Below, in pieces: positions 27,409 through 40,380 of a DNA stretch of 64,000 nucleotides. This DNA comes from Octopus vulgaris (Eukaryota). The notes beneath the pieces are model-generated. The model had not been told where the DNA came from. It saw nothing but the letters and a program-made list of their open reading frames with translations, and made no database searches. The stretch lies in NCBI GenBank assembly GCA_951406725.2, contig OX597824.1:69254001-69318000 (forward strand), read 5' to 3'. The first letter of the stretch is position 1. Every line of letters begins with the position of its first letter. Both the position numbers and the translations under genes were made by a program.

Positions 27409-27752
27409 GAAAAAGAAATTAAAAACATAAAACAGGGGGGCGATTTATTTACCCCTACCCAGCCGAAGAAAAATGAAAACGCATGACGCTGACCACGGGA
27501 ACAACGAAAAGAAGCAAGGCAGCGGCGGTAGAAGCGGCACAAGCATCATAACCGCCATGTTGTAATCGAACTCATCTCTAAACTGTAAAAACTCTGTGAC
27601 ATGTGTCTCAAGCAATAATTGTTATAATAAGACCATATTTATATTTGCTTTCGCTTTTATTCTTCAATATCTTCACACTTTTCTTTAATTGCATTTTTTC
27701 CCTATTATCTTTTCTTTCATTATATTTTATTATTTTCTCAACTCAAAAACAA

Positions 27753-27829
<77 letters not shown>

Positions 27830-27837
27830 TGATGATG

Positions 27838-27896
<59 letters not shown>
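27753..27896. repeat. (AAT)n microsatellite
   Basis: Direct reading. Confidence 0.98.
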
Positions 27897-27898
<2 letters not shown>

Positions 27899-28349
27899 AT
27901 CCTCTCCACTTTGCGATTTTCCCTTTTTTCAATCTGTCCAACTTTTGTATATTATATTCGATTAGGGTTTGTTTTGTTTATTTATTTATTATTTTTTTTG
28001 TGGTGGGGGTTCGCATATTATCATGGAAATAAAAACGCGAAAAATTATACACACATTTGAACTAAAAATAAAACAAACGAAGCAGTTTTATTACTTTGTT
28101 AGATTTATAAGCATCTTTTCAACCTTAGTTACGGTCAAACTTAATTTTCCTTTGTGAAACTTCTTATGTCTTCTTTTTCAGTTACCACCATCAACACTAC
28201 CACTACCACTACCACCAGCACCTTGACAATCCTCATCCTCATCCTTCGTCCCTTGTCTTCTGCTCGAACCCTTGGCTCACCAGTGCCTTGTGAGTTGATT
28301 TTGCTTAGTGGAAATTGCATAGTAGTCCGACGCGCGCGTGTGTGAGAAC

Positions 28350-28562
28350 GGGAGCACATATGTGTTTATCCTTCCATTATCGCTTGATGACCGGTGCTGA
28401 TTTGCTTACGCCCACGTAACTTAGCGGTTCAGCAAAAGAAAGAGAATAAGTACTAGTCTTTAATAACAAAAATCAAATGGGGCTGATTCGTTCGACTAAA
28501 ACCCTTCAAGGTGGTGTCCCCTCCATGGACGCAGTCCAATGATTAACGCAAGTAAACGATAA
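28350..28562 (+). mobile_element. SINE-D 3' half, diverged
   Basis: cgtaacttagcggttcagcaaaag..aataagtactag..ttcgactaaaacccttcaagg. Confidence 0.7.
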
Positions 28563-28911
28563 AAAAATTGGGGAGAAAAAAAGGGGGGGAAGAGTTAGTT
28601 ATTTAGAGCCAATTAATGTATCACGAAGGTCCATAATTACACTGAAGTAAGTGGTGCCATTTTCTCCAGCCATACAAACTGTGCTGAACCATCTTTCATC
28701 TACGTACCAACAAGAGGGCTTCTACTTGCTCATTCGATCTTCTAGAAATAGCAGCGATATCTCTTTCAAATCACACAAGCCAAATAATTCAAGATACCTA
28801 TGTTAAAATAAACAAATATCTTCTATGTGTACTTTATCTGGACAAAAAAATAAATAAATAAAATATAGATTCGTGCTTCTAACAAAACTGTGAGTAACAT
28901 AAGAATAGACA

Positions 28912-29620
28912 GGGCGGCGAGCTTGGCAGAAACGTTAGCACGGCGGGCGTAATGCTTAGAGGTATTTCGTCTGCGGTTACATTTTGAGTTCAAATTCCGC
29001 TGTGCTCGACTTTACCTTTCATCCTTTCGGGGTCGATTAAATAAGTGCCAGTTATGCACTGGGGTCAATGTAATCGACTTAATCCCTTAGTCTGTCCTTT
29101 TGTCCCCTCTGTGTTTAGCCCCCAGTAGGCAATAAATCATAAATATAAAAACAGACTTCATGTTAATCAACAGGCGACACAATATGAGAACGTGAGTAGT
29201 TTTCGTGCACAACGAGGTAATATAAATTTCAAATTTTTGCACAAGCCCAGCAATTACATCGGCCCCGGTGTTCAACTGAAACTTAATTTATCGACCACGA
29301 AAGGGATGAAAGGCAAAGTAAACCTAAGTATAATTTGAACTCAGGATCTGAAAACAGACGAAATGCTGCCAGGCTTTGTGCCCGATGTGTTTAAGGTTCC
29401 CTACCGCCCTACACACAGACATGATATTGGTTTCAAATTTTGGCACAATTTACTGGTAGGAGCGAGTCGATTGCATCGACGGCAGTATTCAAGTGGTTCC
29501 TATTTTATCGACCACTGAAAGGATGAAAAACAAAGTGGACATCGGTGAAATTTGAACACGGGGGCGAAATGCCGCTATTCTTTATGTCCGGCGTGTTTAA
29601 GATTCTACCAGCTCCCCGCC
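28912..29620. mobile_element. SINE-C cluster: + copy 28912-29135, - copies 29225-29405 and 29428-29620
   Basis: Family C motifs in both orientations. Confidence 0.8.
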
Positions 29621-29659
29621 CTACACACCGATATGATATTGGCTTCACATCACACCTGT

Positions 29660-29940
29660 GTGAAGTTAAAGAAGCGAAACAATTGCAATATTCTCGTAAA
29701 GGTGAACTGAAAGCATCCAAATTAGTTTTGTGGGACCCACTTGAAGGTGATACAAGAAGAGGAAAAGGTCGTCATACATTGAAAACTTGATTGCAGACAC
29801 TGGACAAGAATGTATCCAGGACCATCGAGACAGCGACGATGGACCGAGAAATGTGGCAGGTAGACTTTGTGCTGTGGCCCGGGTTGGAAGCCGGCTAAAA
29901 TAATAATAACAACAACAATAATAATAATAGTAATAATAAT
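29660..29940 (+). mobile_element. RTE-clade LINE 3' end with (TAA)n tail
   Basis: ASKLVLWDPLEGDTRRGKGRHT..LIADTG..MDREMW resembles the RTE C-terminus. Confidence 0.75.
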
Positions 29941-29965
29941 CCTTTCTACTATAGGGACAAAGCCT

Positions 29966-30470
29966 GAAGAAGAAGAAAAAGAAAAAGAAGAAGAAGAAGA
30001 AGAAGAAGAAGAAGAAGAAGAAGAAGAAGGAGAAGGAGAAGGATGAGGAGGAGAAAAGAAGAAAAGAAGAAGAAGAGAAGAAGGAGGAGGAGGAGAAGAA
30101 GAGGAAGAAGAAAAAGAAAGAGAAGAAGAAGAAGAAGGAGAAGAAGGAGGAGGGGAAGAAGAAGAAGAACAAGAACAACAACAACAACTACAAGAAAAGA
30201 AGAAGAAAAAGAAGGCGAACAACAACAACAACAATACCTACAAGAAAAATAAGAAGAATGAGTATGAGAAGAAGAAGAAGAAGAAGAAGAAGAAGAAGAA
30301 GAAGGCGAACAACAACAACAACAACTGCAACAAAAATAACAAAAGCAAGAAGAAAAGAAAGGGAGTAGAAGGGCAAGAAGAATGAAGGAGGGAGAAAAGA
30401 ATAAAGTGGTGGGAAGAAGAAGGAGGAGGATAAGGAGGGGAAGGGGAGGGCGGGGAATCAGCAAGAAAGA
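29966..30470. repeat. Polypurine (GAA/GGA) tract with (CAA) interruptions
   Basis: Direct reading. Confidence 0.95.
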
Positions 30471-31173
30471 AACCTAATAGAGAAACATACGGTAACAGTC
30501 TTCATTGCTTACCCACAACGACTAAGGGGTTATGCATGAGAGAAAGTATTTGCCTCACACATACCCTGATGTTTGATCTACCCGCATGACAATATTTTAG
30601 CTTTTTCTTCTTCTTTTCCTTTCCACCCTGTTATCATCTTCTTTTATTTTCTTTTATTTTTTTTTATCGTTTTTCTTCATGTAATAATTTATTTGTGGGT
30701 TTGAAAAAATAAAAATTTAAACTAAAATTTTGATCACGGTTTATTTGTGATAACGATTCGCTCCTTTGATTATTAGAAGTTAGCGCTGTTTCTGTTGGTG
30801 TTGTTGTTGTTGTTGCTGATCATGATGACAACGACGACGACGACGACGATGACGATGATGATGATGATAATAATGATGATAATGAGGAGGAGGAGGATGT
30901 TGGAAGGCTTGTTATTGCTCTCCTGTCTCTTTCAAGTAAAGCATGGCACGTTAAAAGTGAAACTACTCTTGTCAATTATGAGTGCATATATGTCTTAGTG
31001 CGTGCGCATGCGCGTGTGTTGGGTCGGCCCGAGGTTATAGGAGAAGACACTTGACCAAGGTCTCAGGCAGTGGGATGGAACCCGGAACCATGTAGTTCAT
31101 AGGCAAGCTTCTTATAACTCAATATTGAATTCAATATACGTTAGATTCTACGTATGGTTAGTTAATTTGCACA

Positions 31174-31470
31174 GTGGAGGCGCGTGGCTAACTGGCTAGG
31201 GTATCAGACTAACGACTGTAAGATTGTGGTTTCAATTCCTGGACCGGGCGATGGATAGTGTCCTTCAGCAAAACACTTCACTTCACGTTGCTCTTCCACT
31301 CAGCTATAGAAATGAGCACTACGAGTGGAGGCGCGTCGCTTAGTAGTTAGGGTGTTGTCTTCACGACTGTAAGATTGTGGTTTCGATCCCTGAACCGGGA
31401 GATCCGTTGTGTTCTCGAGCAAAGTACTTCATTTCACGTTGCTCCAGTTTGCTCAGCTGTAGAAATCAGT
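31174..31470 (+). mobile_element. Two tandem SINE-B 5' halves (31174-31316, 31325-31470)
   Basis: Each has gtggaggcgcgt..B box..CORE-like cagct(g/a)tagaaat and lacks the tail. Confidence 0.8.
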
Positions 31471-31645
31471 TTAGCCCGGAGAGGGATGGATTACACCAGA
31501 ATTTCTCTCCCAAGATACACTGCATAGCTGCAGCACTCGCTGTCTCAAAAGGGATTAAGGGAATTGTTAATTGTAATTTGCATAAATTAAAAGAAAAAAA
31601 GAATTAGAGTGTCCACTAGCATGAATACAATGAATGCTACACTCA

Positions 31646-32125
31646 ATATCGGTTACAAATAATGACACAAGTCCGGCAATTTCGGTGGTATGTCGATTAT
31701 ATCGAACGAAGTACTAAACTAGTACTTATTCTATCGACTCCGAAAGGAGGGGGAAAAAACGGCAAATTCGACGTAAGCGGAATTTGAACTCAACATAGAG
31801 ATGGGCGAAATGTCACTAAGCATTTTGTTCGATGTACTAACGATTCTACCAGCGCACCCCCTTAATGGGGCGCTCAACATTAAAATGTTTAAATATTTCT
31901 TTTCTACCCACAAGGGGCTAAACACAGAGGGGAAAAACAAGGACAGGCAAACGGATTAAGTCGATTATATCGACCCCAGTGCGTAAATGGTACTTATTTA
32001 ATCGACCTCGAAAGGATGAAATGCAAAGTCGACCTCGGCGGAATTCGAACTCAGAACGTAGCGGCAGACGAAATACTGCTAAGCATTTCACCCGGCGTAC
32101 TAACGTTTCTGCCAGCTCGCCGCCC
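31646..32125 (-). mobile_element. Two tandem SINE-C copies (tail 2-like and tail 1)
   Basis: Heads end near 31860 and 32125. Confidence 0.8.
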
Positions 32126-32407
32126 TATTAAAATGTATATATACACGTCTTTCTGTTTCTCTTGGCATCTAAATATATTTGCGCTTGTTTTTGCTTCCCT
32201 CAACATATACACCTGTCTTTGTCTGCCTCAACATATACACCTGTCTTTGTCTGCCTCCACACATATGCATATATACACTTCTACAGATGTCTCCTCCCTG
32301 TGGTATTTTTCTTGTCGTCTGAAGAATTCTCGTTGATTGCTAAAGCGAAAACAACTCTTTTGCATCAAAGATATGATCAAAGATGCTCTAACCGTGACCA
32401 TCCGAAA

Positions 32408-32623
32408 TTCGTTACCAACCCGGTGGAAACCGGTTCTGGCTCTGAGTACAAATGTCTTGTTTTCATAAGTTTTCAATTAAAATCTTCCACCAAACCTTAG
32501 TCACAACTTATGTTCCTTACACTAGCTTAATGATAACTAAGTTATTTTACTAAATTCTTTGTTAAATTTAAATTAATTGAGAGAAACAAAGAGCATCTCA
32601 AAATAAATACAGTAATGAAAGGG
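32408..32623. mobile_element. piggyBac-like MITE, left tip damaged
   Basis: Right end gtaatgaaaggg|TTAA; left ttcgttac is a partial inverted match. Confidence 0.55.
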
Positions 32624-32641
32624 TTAAAGACGTTTTTGTGT

Positions 32642-33198
32642 GAGTTAAGCGATATATTCTTTTATCCTTTTACTTGTTTCAGTCATTTGACTGCGCCGAT
32701 GCTGGAGCACCACCTTGAAGGGTTTTAGTCGAACAAATCGACCCCAGACTTATTTCTTAAGCCTAGTACTTATACTATCGGTCGCTTTTGTCGAACCGCT
32801 AAATTACGGGGATCTAAACGCACCAACACCGGTTGATAATCGGTGATGGGTGACAAACAGACACAAAGACACATACTCACACTTAGATATACACACATAC
32901 ACATGCACATATATGTGTGTGTGCGACAAGCTTCTTTCAGTGTCAGTCTACCAAATCAACTCACAAGGCTTTGGTCGGTCCGAGGCTATAAAAGAAGACA
33001 CTTGCCCAAGGTGCCACGTAGTGGGACTGAACCCAGAGCCATATGGCTGGGAAGCAAGCTTCTTACCACACAGCCACGTCTGCGCTGCTTGCTATTTCTA
33101 ATACATCGATCGACGGATGAGCTTTTCTCGTTTGCACTTTCTGTAGTTGTGGCTGTTAGAGCTGCTGTTATTCGTAGTATTCTTGTTGTTGTTGCTGA
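32642..33198 (-). repeat. Inverted duplicate of 37468-38023 (SINE-D plus unique flanks)
   Basis: Shares private SINE variants, about 115 bp of non-SINE flank on one side and gagttaagcgatata on the other. Confidence 0.95.
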
Positions 33199-33204
33199 CC
33201 GCTT

Positions 33205-33248
<44 letters not shown>

Positions 33249-33257
33249 GGCCTCACT

Positions 33258-33670
33258 ACCTATTTCTTTATTACCCACTAGGGGTTAAACATAGAGGGGA
33301 CAAACAAAGACAGACATAAGTATTAAGTCGATTACATCGACCCTAGTGCGTAACTGGTACTTAATTCATCGACCCCGAAAGGATGAAAGGCAAAGTCGAC
33401 CTCGGCGGAATTTGAACTCACAACGTAACGGCAGACGAAATACCTATTTCTTTATTACCCACAAGGGGCTAAACATAGAGGGGACAAACAAGGACAGACA
33501 TAGGTATTAAGTAGATTACATCGACCCCAGTGCGTAACTGGTGCTTAATTTATCGACCCCGAAATGATGAAAGGCAAAGTCAACCTCGGCGGAATTTGAA
33601 CTCAGAAAGTAACAGCAGACGAAATACGGCTACGCATTTCACCCGGCGTGCTAACGTTTCTGCCAGCTCT
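33258..33670 (-). mobile_element. SINE-C concatemer (head + two tail-1 units)
   Basis: Junction gacgaaata|cctatttctttattacccac near 33440, repeated at 33258. Confidence 0.85.
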
Positions 33671-34046
33671 GGCCTCACTACCGCATACAGTTTAAAGTCA
33701 CACATACAAACGTTCACACATACGTCGACACACACACACACACATGCACCACATGCGCAGATGCCGTAGCATCTGGAACGTGTTTGCAATTGCACATATA
33801 CATTCTTGACATGATAAAAAGAACAGTTTCTTCACGGTTTGGCATGAAATAGCCGACTATCTTATACGAATCTCTGGTCCACAAACATTCATTTCTCCCA
33901 CTCCGTGCCTTTCCTACCATTACTAAAACGGCCCATGTCGTCTGTATCTGGTTAATCCTTGTCGTCATTATTCAGGCGATCCCGTCTCTCTTAAGCACAT
34001 CACACAGTGTTGACTACAATGGCCTTACATTAACCACTACGTCTTA

Positions 34047-34436
34047 TCTTTATATATAAAAGTGAAGTTGTGTGTCTGTCTCCTACGATTTAGATTCCTA
34101 ACTACTCCCACATTTTGCGGTGCAGTTTAACCAAAACCGGGTATCTTATAGTGGTGATTCATATCGAGCCCTTCTGGGTATTAGCGCGCGTCTACGATGA
34201 GTTTACGATAAAAAAAAAAAATTACCATCAATTTTTCCCATTTTTAATGCATTTTTGGCATATATAAAGGGAAGTAACTCTCTAAAAATTTATTATTAAA
34301 TCTCAGAACGTAAAAAGCTACAGTAATACCCTTTGTGGTTAGCCATATTGAGATGGCTATTATACTTTACATCTCTAAAAATGCTTATATAGTTATTTCC
34401 CTTACAAACCCGAGCAACGCCGGGCGATACTGCAAG
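34047..34436 (+). mobile_element. Non-autonomous Helitron H1
   Basis: A|TCTTTATATATAAAAG..hairpin cccgagcaacgccggg..CAAG|T (variant of CTAG). Confidence 0.88.
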
Positions 34437-34705
34437 TAATATCTATATTAGACATTGGCTCTTTATGTTTCCTGCAGGCATCGATTTGCAATACTTCAAG
34501 AACATTAACTGCATCAGTGTGACGTACACGGAGGCTTTCCTGGAGTGGGCATAATGGAGCCTTACTTCGAAACGAAAGCCAATAATGACGACGGCTTACC
34601 TGCGTTTATAAATGATAATAATATATCCATCTTGTTGCATGCATATGTGCGTGTATAAATGTATGTTTGTATATATTCACGTACGTACATATGTATATAT
34701 GTATG

Positions 34706-34739
<34 letters not shown>

Positions 34740-34814
34740 TGTATGTATGTATGTATACGTATGTATTTCTCTCTCTTTCTCTCTGTATATATATATATAT
34801 ATATATACAGGTAT

Positions 34815-34884
<70 letters not shown>

Positions 34885-35039
34885 ATTTACATTTCTACTG
34901 CCCGACAATAAGCTCCGCAAGCTTAGAAACTTTAAATAGCACAGAATTTGAAACAAACTGCTTTGATCCATATATAAATGTGTGTGTGTGTGTGTGTGTG
35001 TTGTGTATGAGTGTGTGTATGTGGTGTGTGTGTGTGTGT

Positions 35040-35235
35040 GTGTGTATTTGGCCCCCTCTGCTGCTTAACAACCGGTATTAGTGTGTTTACGTTCCCGTAT
35101 GTTAGCGGTTCGGCGATAGAGATCAATAGAATAGAGATCATCAGGTTTAAAGAAAAAAAAAAAAGATTCATTCGACAAATAATTATTCAAGGCGGTACCC
35201 CAGCATGGCCACAGTCTAATGACTGAAACCAGTGA
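35040..35235 (+). mobile_element. SINE-D 3' half, diverged
   Basis: gtgtttacgttcccgta..ttagcggttcggc..cccagcatggccacagtctaatgactgaaac. Confidence 0.7.
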
Positions 35236-35749
35236 CAGATTACTAGCGGTTCCAACGACCTTATAAAAACACCCAATTAAAAAAAATAAGACAGCGAAAA
35301 AGAGAGAGGAAACCACGCACCGATCTCGGAACATCCGGTCCTGGGAGCAAGCAGTATGCTTCTGTCTACTCTCAGTTTGTTGTTCTTACCCAAAAAATGG
35401 GCGGGAAACCGAATATTCTTTGTTTTATATGATGTTTAGGTTTCATTGAACGTGAGTCACCATCCACGTGAATTATTCACTTCGCGCGCTCTGTAATGTC
35501 GTTGTGAGAGTCAGAGGCGAACGCAGACCATGCGTATCTGCGGGTATTCGACAGAGCAGCCGTGACGTTGAGAAAAAACAAATGAATAAATAATCCCCTA
35601 TGATAAATCTATAAAAAAATATATATAAATATTATAAATACGATTGTATAAAATAAATTGATGTATATACATAAATATTAAGAATATACATTTTTTAAAA
35701 GATAATAATAATTGGAAATCGCGCGCGTGCACACACACACACACACATA

Positions 35750-35771
35750 TATATATACACGCGCACATATG

Positions 35772-35842
<71 letters not shown>

Positions 35843-35913
35843 CTGTGTGTGTGTCTATGTGCATATATACATAGACACACACACTCACACACATATATAC
35901 ACGCGCACATATG

Positions 35914-35957
<44 letters not shown>

Positions 35958-36089
35958 CACGCGCACATATGCCCGCACACACACACACACACAGATATAT
36001 ATATATATATATATATATATCATATCTGTGTGTGTGAGTGTGTGTGTGTCTATGTGCATATATACATAGACACACACACTCACACACAT
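35750..36089 (+). repeat. Tandem duplication of a compound microsatellite unit
   Basis: tatacacgcgcacatatgc three times; gtctatgtgcatatatacatagacacacacactcacacacat twice. Confidence 0.85.
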
Positions 36090-36261
36090 CTCTGCATATG
36101 TGAATATATGTGTACAGATAAAATATTTAATTAGTTTTATTTCAATTTCATTTCTTATTGTTATTCTCTTCGCATCAATCATTGCGAATGCGTATGTCGT
36201 ATTCTCACTGTCTGTCTGTCTGTCTGTCTGTCTGACTTTCAATTTGTCTGCCTCTCTATAC

Positions 36262-36675
36262 TCTTTACTCTTTACTCTTTTTACTTGTTTCAGTCATTTG
36301 ACTGCGGCCATGCTGGAGCACCACTTTTAGTCGAGCAAATCGACCCCGGAACTTATTCTTTGTAAGCCCAGTACTTATTTTATCGTTCTCTTTTGCCGAA
36401 CCGCTAGATGACGGGGACGTAAACACACCAGCATCGGTTGTCAAGCAATGCTAGGGGGACAAACACAGACACACAAACACACACATACATATATATATAT
36501 ATACATATATACGACAGGCTTCTTTCAGTTTCCGTCTACCAAATCCACTCACAAGGCATTGGTCGGCCCGAGGCTATAGCAGAAGACACTTGCCCAAGGT
36601 GCCACGAAGTGGGACTGAACCCGGAACCATGTGGTTGGTAAACAAGCTACTTGCCACACAGCCACTCCTGCGCCT
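36262..36675 (-). mobile_element. SINE-D, full length, little diverged
   Basis: Close reverse complement of 22117-22521 with intact head; a second 5' half lies at 36790-36938. Confidence 0.9.
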
Positions 36676-36970
36676 ATGTTAATTTATCTTGCTTTCTTTC
36701 TCTGTTTTTCTTTGTTTATTACACACACACACACACACACACGTACACACACACACATACACACACACATACACACACACACATACTAGATAGGCTTCTT
36801 CGAGTTTCCGTCTACTAAATCCACTCACGAGGCGTTGGTCAGTCCTAGGTTATAGCAAAAGATACTTGCTCAAGGTGACACAGAACGGGATTGAACAGAG
36901 AACCTTGTGTTTTTGGTAGGTAAACCTCTTACCACAGTAGCAAAATGTTCGTTAAAATATACTCTATGTT

Positions 36971-37308
36971 GTGAAGGTGCATGGCTCAGTGGTTAGAGTG
37001 TCGAGCTTACGATCGTGGGGTTGTGAGTTTGAATCCCGGACCGGGCTGCGTGTTGTGTTCTTGAGCAAGACACTTTATTTCACTTTGCTCCAGTTCACTC
37101 AGCTGTAGAAATGAGCTGCGACGTCACAGGTGCCAAGCTGTATCAGCCCCTTTGCCTTTCCCTTGGATAACACTGGTGGCATGGTGAGAGGAGGCCAGTA
37201 TGCATGGGCGACTGCTGGTCTTCCATAAAGAACCTTGCCCGGAATTGTGCCTCGGAGGGTAACTTTCTAGGTGCAATTCCATGGTCAGTCATGACCGAAA
37301 GGGGTCTC
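36971..37308 (+). mobile_element. SINE-B, full length, CORE-like
   Basis: A box tggctcagtggttag, B box gagtttgaatccc; tcttgagcaagacactttatttcactttgctccagttcactcagctgtagaaatgag aligns by eye to the MIR CORE domain. Confidence 0.85.
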
Positions 37309-37467
37309 AGCAACTCTATCTTATATCATCATATGAAGATAGAATTTGTCCTAGATGCGTTTCAGACGACAGGGTGGTCGCGGCCAGAATGTATTTGGTC
37401 ATAACAATAAAACACTAAGTAGAACGGAGATAACCCATCAGCATCAATAAAAACAATGACAACATTA

Positions 37468-38023
37468 TCAGCAACAACAACAAGAATACTACGAATCACA
37501 GCAGCTCTAACAGCCACAACTACAGAAAGTGCAAGCGAGAAAAGCTCATCCGTCGGTCGATGTGTTAAAATAGCAAGCAGCGCAGACGTGGCTGTGTGGT
37601 AAGAAGCTTGCTTCCCAGCCATATGGCTCTGGGTTCAGTCTCACTGCGTGGCACCTTGGACAAGTGTCTTCTACTATAGCCTCGGACCGACCAAAGCCTT
37701 GTGAGTTGATTTGGTAGGCGGACACTGAAAGAAGCTTGTCGTACACACACATATATGTGCATGTGTATGTGTATATATCTAAGTGTATATTTGTGCCTTT
37801 GTGTCTGTTTGTCACCCATCACCGTTTGACAACCGGTGTTGGTGCGTTTAGATCCCCGTAATTTAGTGGTTCGACAAAAGCGACCGATAGTATAAGTACT
37901 AGGCTTAAGAAATAAGTCTGGGGTCGATTTGTTCGACTAAAACCCTTCAAGGCGGTGCTCCAGCATCGCCGCAGTCAAACGACTGAAACAAGTAAAAGAA
38001 TAAAAGAATATATCGCTTAACTC
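37468..38023 (+). repeat. Likely donor copy of the inverted duplication, contains SINE-D 37580-38008
   Basis: See 32642-33198; the left flank continues as degenerate CAA repeat. Confidence 0.9.
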
Positions 38024-38034
38024 GGTTGACAGAC

Positions 38035-38733
38035 ACCTTTAGCTTAGCAGTAGGCCGGCCTTCAAATGAACTGTAAGAAAACAAAATTACATGCGGCTGG
38101 AAGAGTTAACACAAGGTCGAAAAAAGATGGGAAGTGATGAAATCGAGGAAGTAAAAGGTTACATCTGTTCAGGTCACAGTGAATATGCACCGAGACATGG
38201 ATGCTGAAATCTCGAACAGAATAAGGGCAGAATGGAAGGTGTTTATCTCCATAAAGGATGTGCTCAAAGCGAAGCTGGAGAAGACCATAAGTGTCAGACT
38301 TTTCAACAGCATGTCCTCCCTGCGCTCTCAAACGCAAGTGAGACATGCGCTACTGCGAAGGGGGGGGAAAACATCGATTGGCTATGATGCAAGGGCCACG
38401 TAACGATCCATACTAGAAATATCATTAGGAGGGCATGTCCGAAATGCGATAATTCGGGAAAGAAGCGCAGTAAACAATGTTATCGTTGAATGCTGAAAGC
38501 ACAAGTTCAGCCTAGCCTGATTTCTCAAAAATTTCACAGACAACAGGTGGAGCTGTGCGGATGCTGACTGATATCCAAGAGATTGGAACAAGCCACTGAG
38601 AAGGCCTCCATGACGAAGGGGAGACGACTTATTTAAGGGATTTGGGACAAGATGGAAAAGAATGGCACAATAACAAACATAAAAAATCAATTGGAAATGC
38701 ATTGTGACCAGCGATCTTTAACAACCTCTGATA
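38035..38733 (+). mobile_element. RTE-clade LINE 3' portion, pseudogenised
   Basis: AGLQMNCKKTK..EIEEVKGYI..DMDAEISNRIRAEWKVF..HVRNAIIRERS..FTDNRW..YPRDWNKPLRRPP. Confidence 0.85.
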
Positions 38734-38741
38734 GTCTACAC

Positions 38742-39217
38742 CAGTGTTTCCCAATCTATAACTTTCCAGAAAAATGCATGTCCCACCAGTAGTTGGAGAA
38801 AAATAATTTTATTTTTAATATTCAGTCACAGTTATTTGATACAAAAGAATCTACCAATAACTCTCAAGTACTGAATACCAAAAGGAAGTACATTATTGAC
38901 TAGCAAAAAAAAAAATGAATCTCTTTAACGAGAACTTTGTGCCTGGTAACTATGGGAGAATTCCTTGGTTTCAGGAGACAATTTTATTAGTTTCAGCTGA
39001 AGCATTAGAAGAGCGCAATCAGTCTTCATACAGTATGCTTGGTGAAGGGACTGGTTTAGCTAGGCTGAGTATAGGTGTAGTATGTTTGCTGTAAAAAAAA
39101 AGATTTTCACAATTCCGTGTCCCACTTATGAAAGAAATGAAATTTTGGATCCCATGCCCCACTACAAATTTCCCAAGCTCCACCGGTAGGGCATATGCTC
39201 CACGTTGGGAATCACTG
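38742..39217. mobile_element. hAT (Charlie-type) MITE, 476 bp
   Basis: TIRs cagtgtttcccaa / ttgggaatcactg; 8-bp TSD gtctacac / gtctagac (NTCTAGAN-type target). Confidence 0.92.
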
Positions 39218-39467
39218 GTCTAGACTCTAGTCGATACCGTGAGACAGCGATTTTCCTTTATATGTCATTCAATTATGGAAACCGTGAAGTTAGATTTCAT
39301 TTAAGATCTGACTGCTGATTTTAGCAGATCAATTGTTCAACAAGAGGCTGCCACATTCACATGTATGTCGATAAATGAATTCACTAATTATACACTATAT
39401 ACAACAAACATACATATATAAACATACGTTAAAACGCATATCTACATCTATAGATTAAACACAAATA

Positions 39468-39985
39468 CCGTAAATCCTCGAGTATAATCCGCATTTTTTC
39501 ACCAAAACTTGATGGTTAAAATCCCTAGTGCGCACTATATACGAGGTTAAAAATGAAAAATATTTTCTAAGCAATGTCCGAGTCTCGACTTGCTGTCCGG
39601 CAATGTTTATTCAGACGCATTTTGTGATGTCGGGCGCGAAAATACCTTAAGCTAAGCCTGAAAGCAATGAAGTCATAAAAGAATCATCCATAACTTGCAG
39701 TAAGCAACATTTATTAAACATTATTACTGTTATTACTGTTATTTCTATATTTTCTGCATACAAAATGCACAAAACAGCTACACGTTTGCATTATGTTATA
39801 TATGCAATAATAATAAAGGACGTTACCGTATACATTTTTACAAACCAAGGACGTTATATAGACCTCCTTGACTCAAGTTAGAGAAGATCTGCGTAATATA
39901 CACAAGGTTTAGGTTTTTCAGAGGTACAGCCCCTAAAACTCCCCTGCGTATTATACTCAAGGGCGGACTACTCGAGGATTTAATG
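39468..39985. mobile_element. pogo/Tc2-like MITE, copy 2
   Basis: TA|ccgtaaatcctcgagtataatccgc ... gcggactactcgaggatttaatg|TA. Confidence 0.9.
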
Positions 39986-40021
39986 TATGCACACATATAA
40001 ACATGCACTAAGACATATGTA

Positions 40022-40158
<137 letters not shown>

Positions 40159-40380
40159 CAATAACAAGAACAGCAACAACAGTAACAACAGCTATAAAAA
40201 TTTGTTCTATTCTCGACATAAGGCTTGGAATTTGAGAGAGAGGAGGGGCGGAGTAGTCGATTACATTCTCACCAGTACATGACTGGTACTTATTTCATCC
40301 ACCCCTGAATGGATGAAGAGTAAAGCCGACCTCGCCGGAATAACAACAGCAACATATATAAAGAAAGATTACCATTACAT

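Noticed and set aside
33800-34045. Possible RTE remnant on the minus strand beside the Helitron
   Set aside because: Only faint motif similarity.
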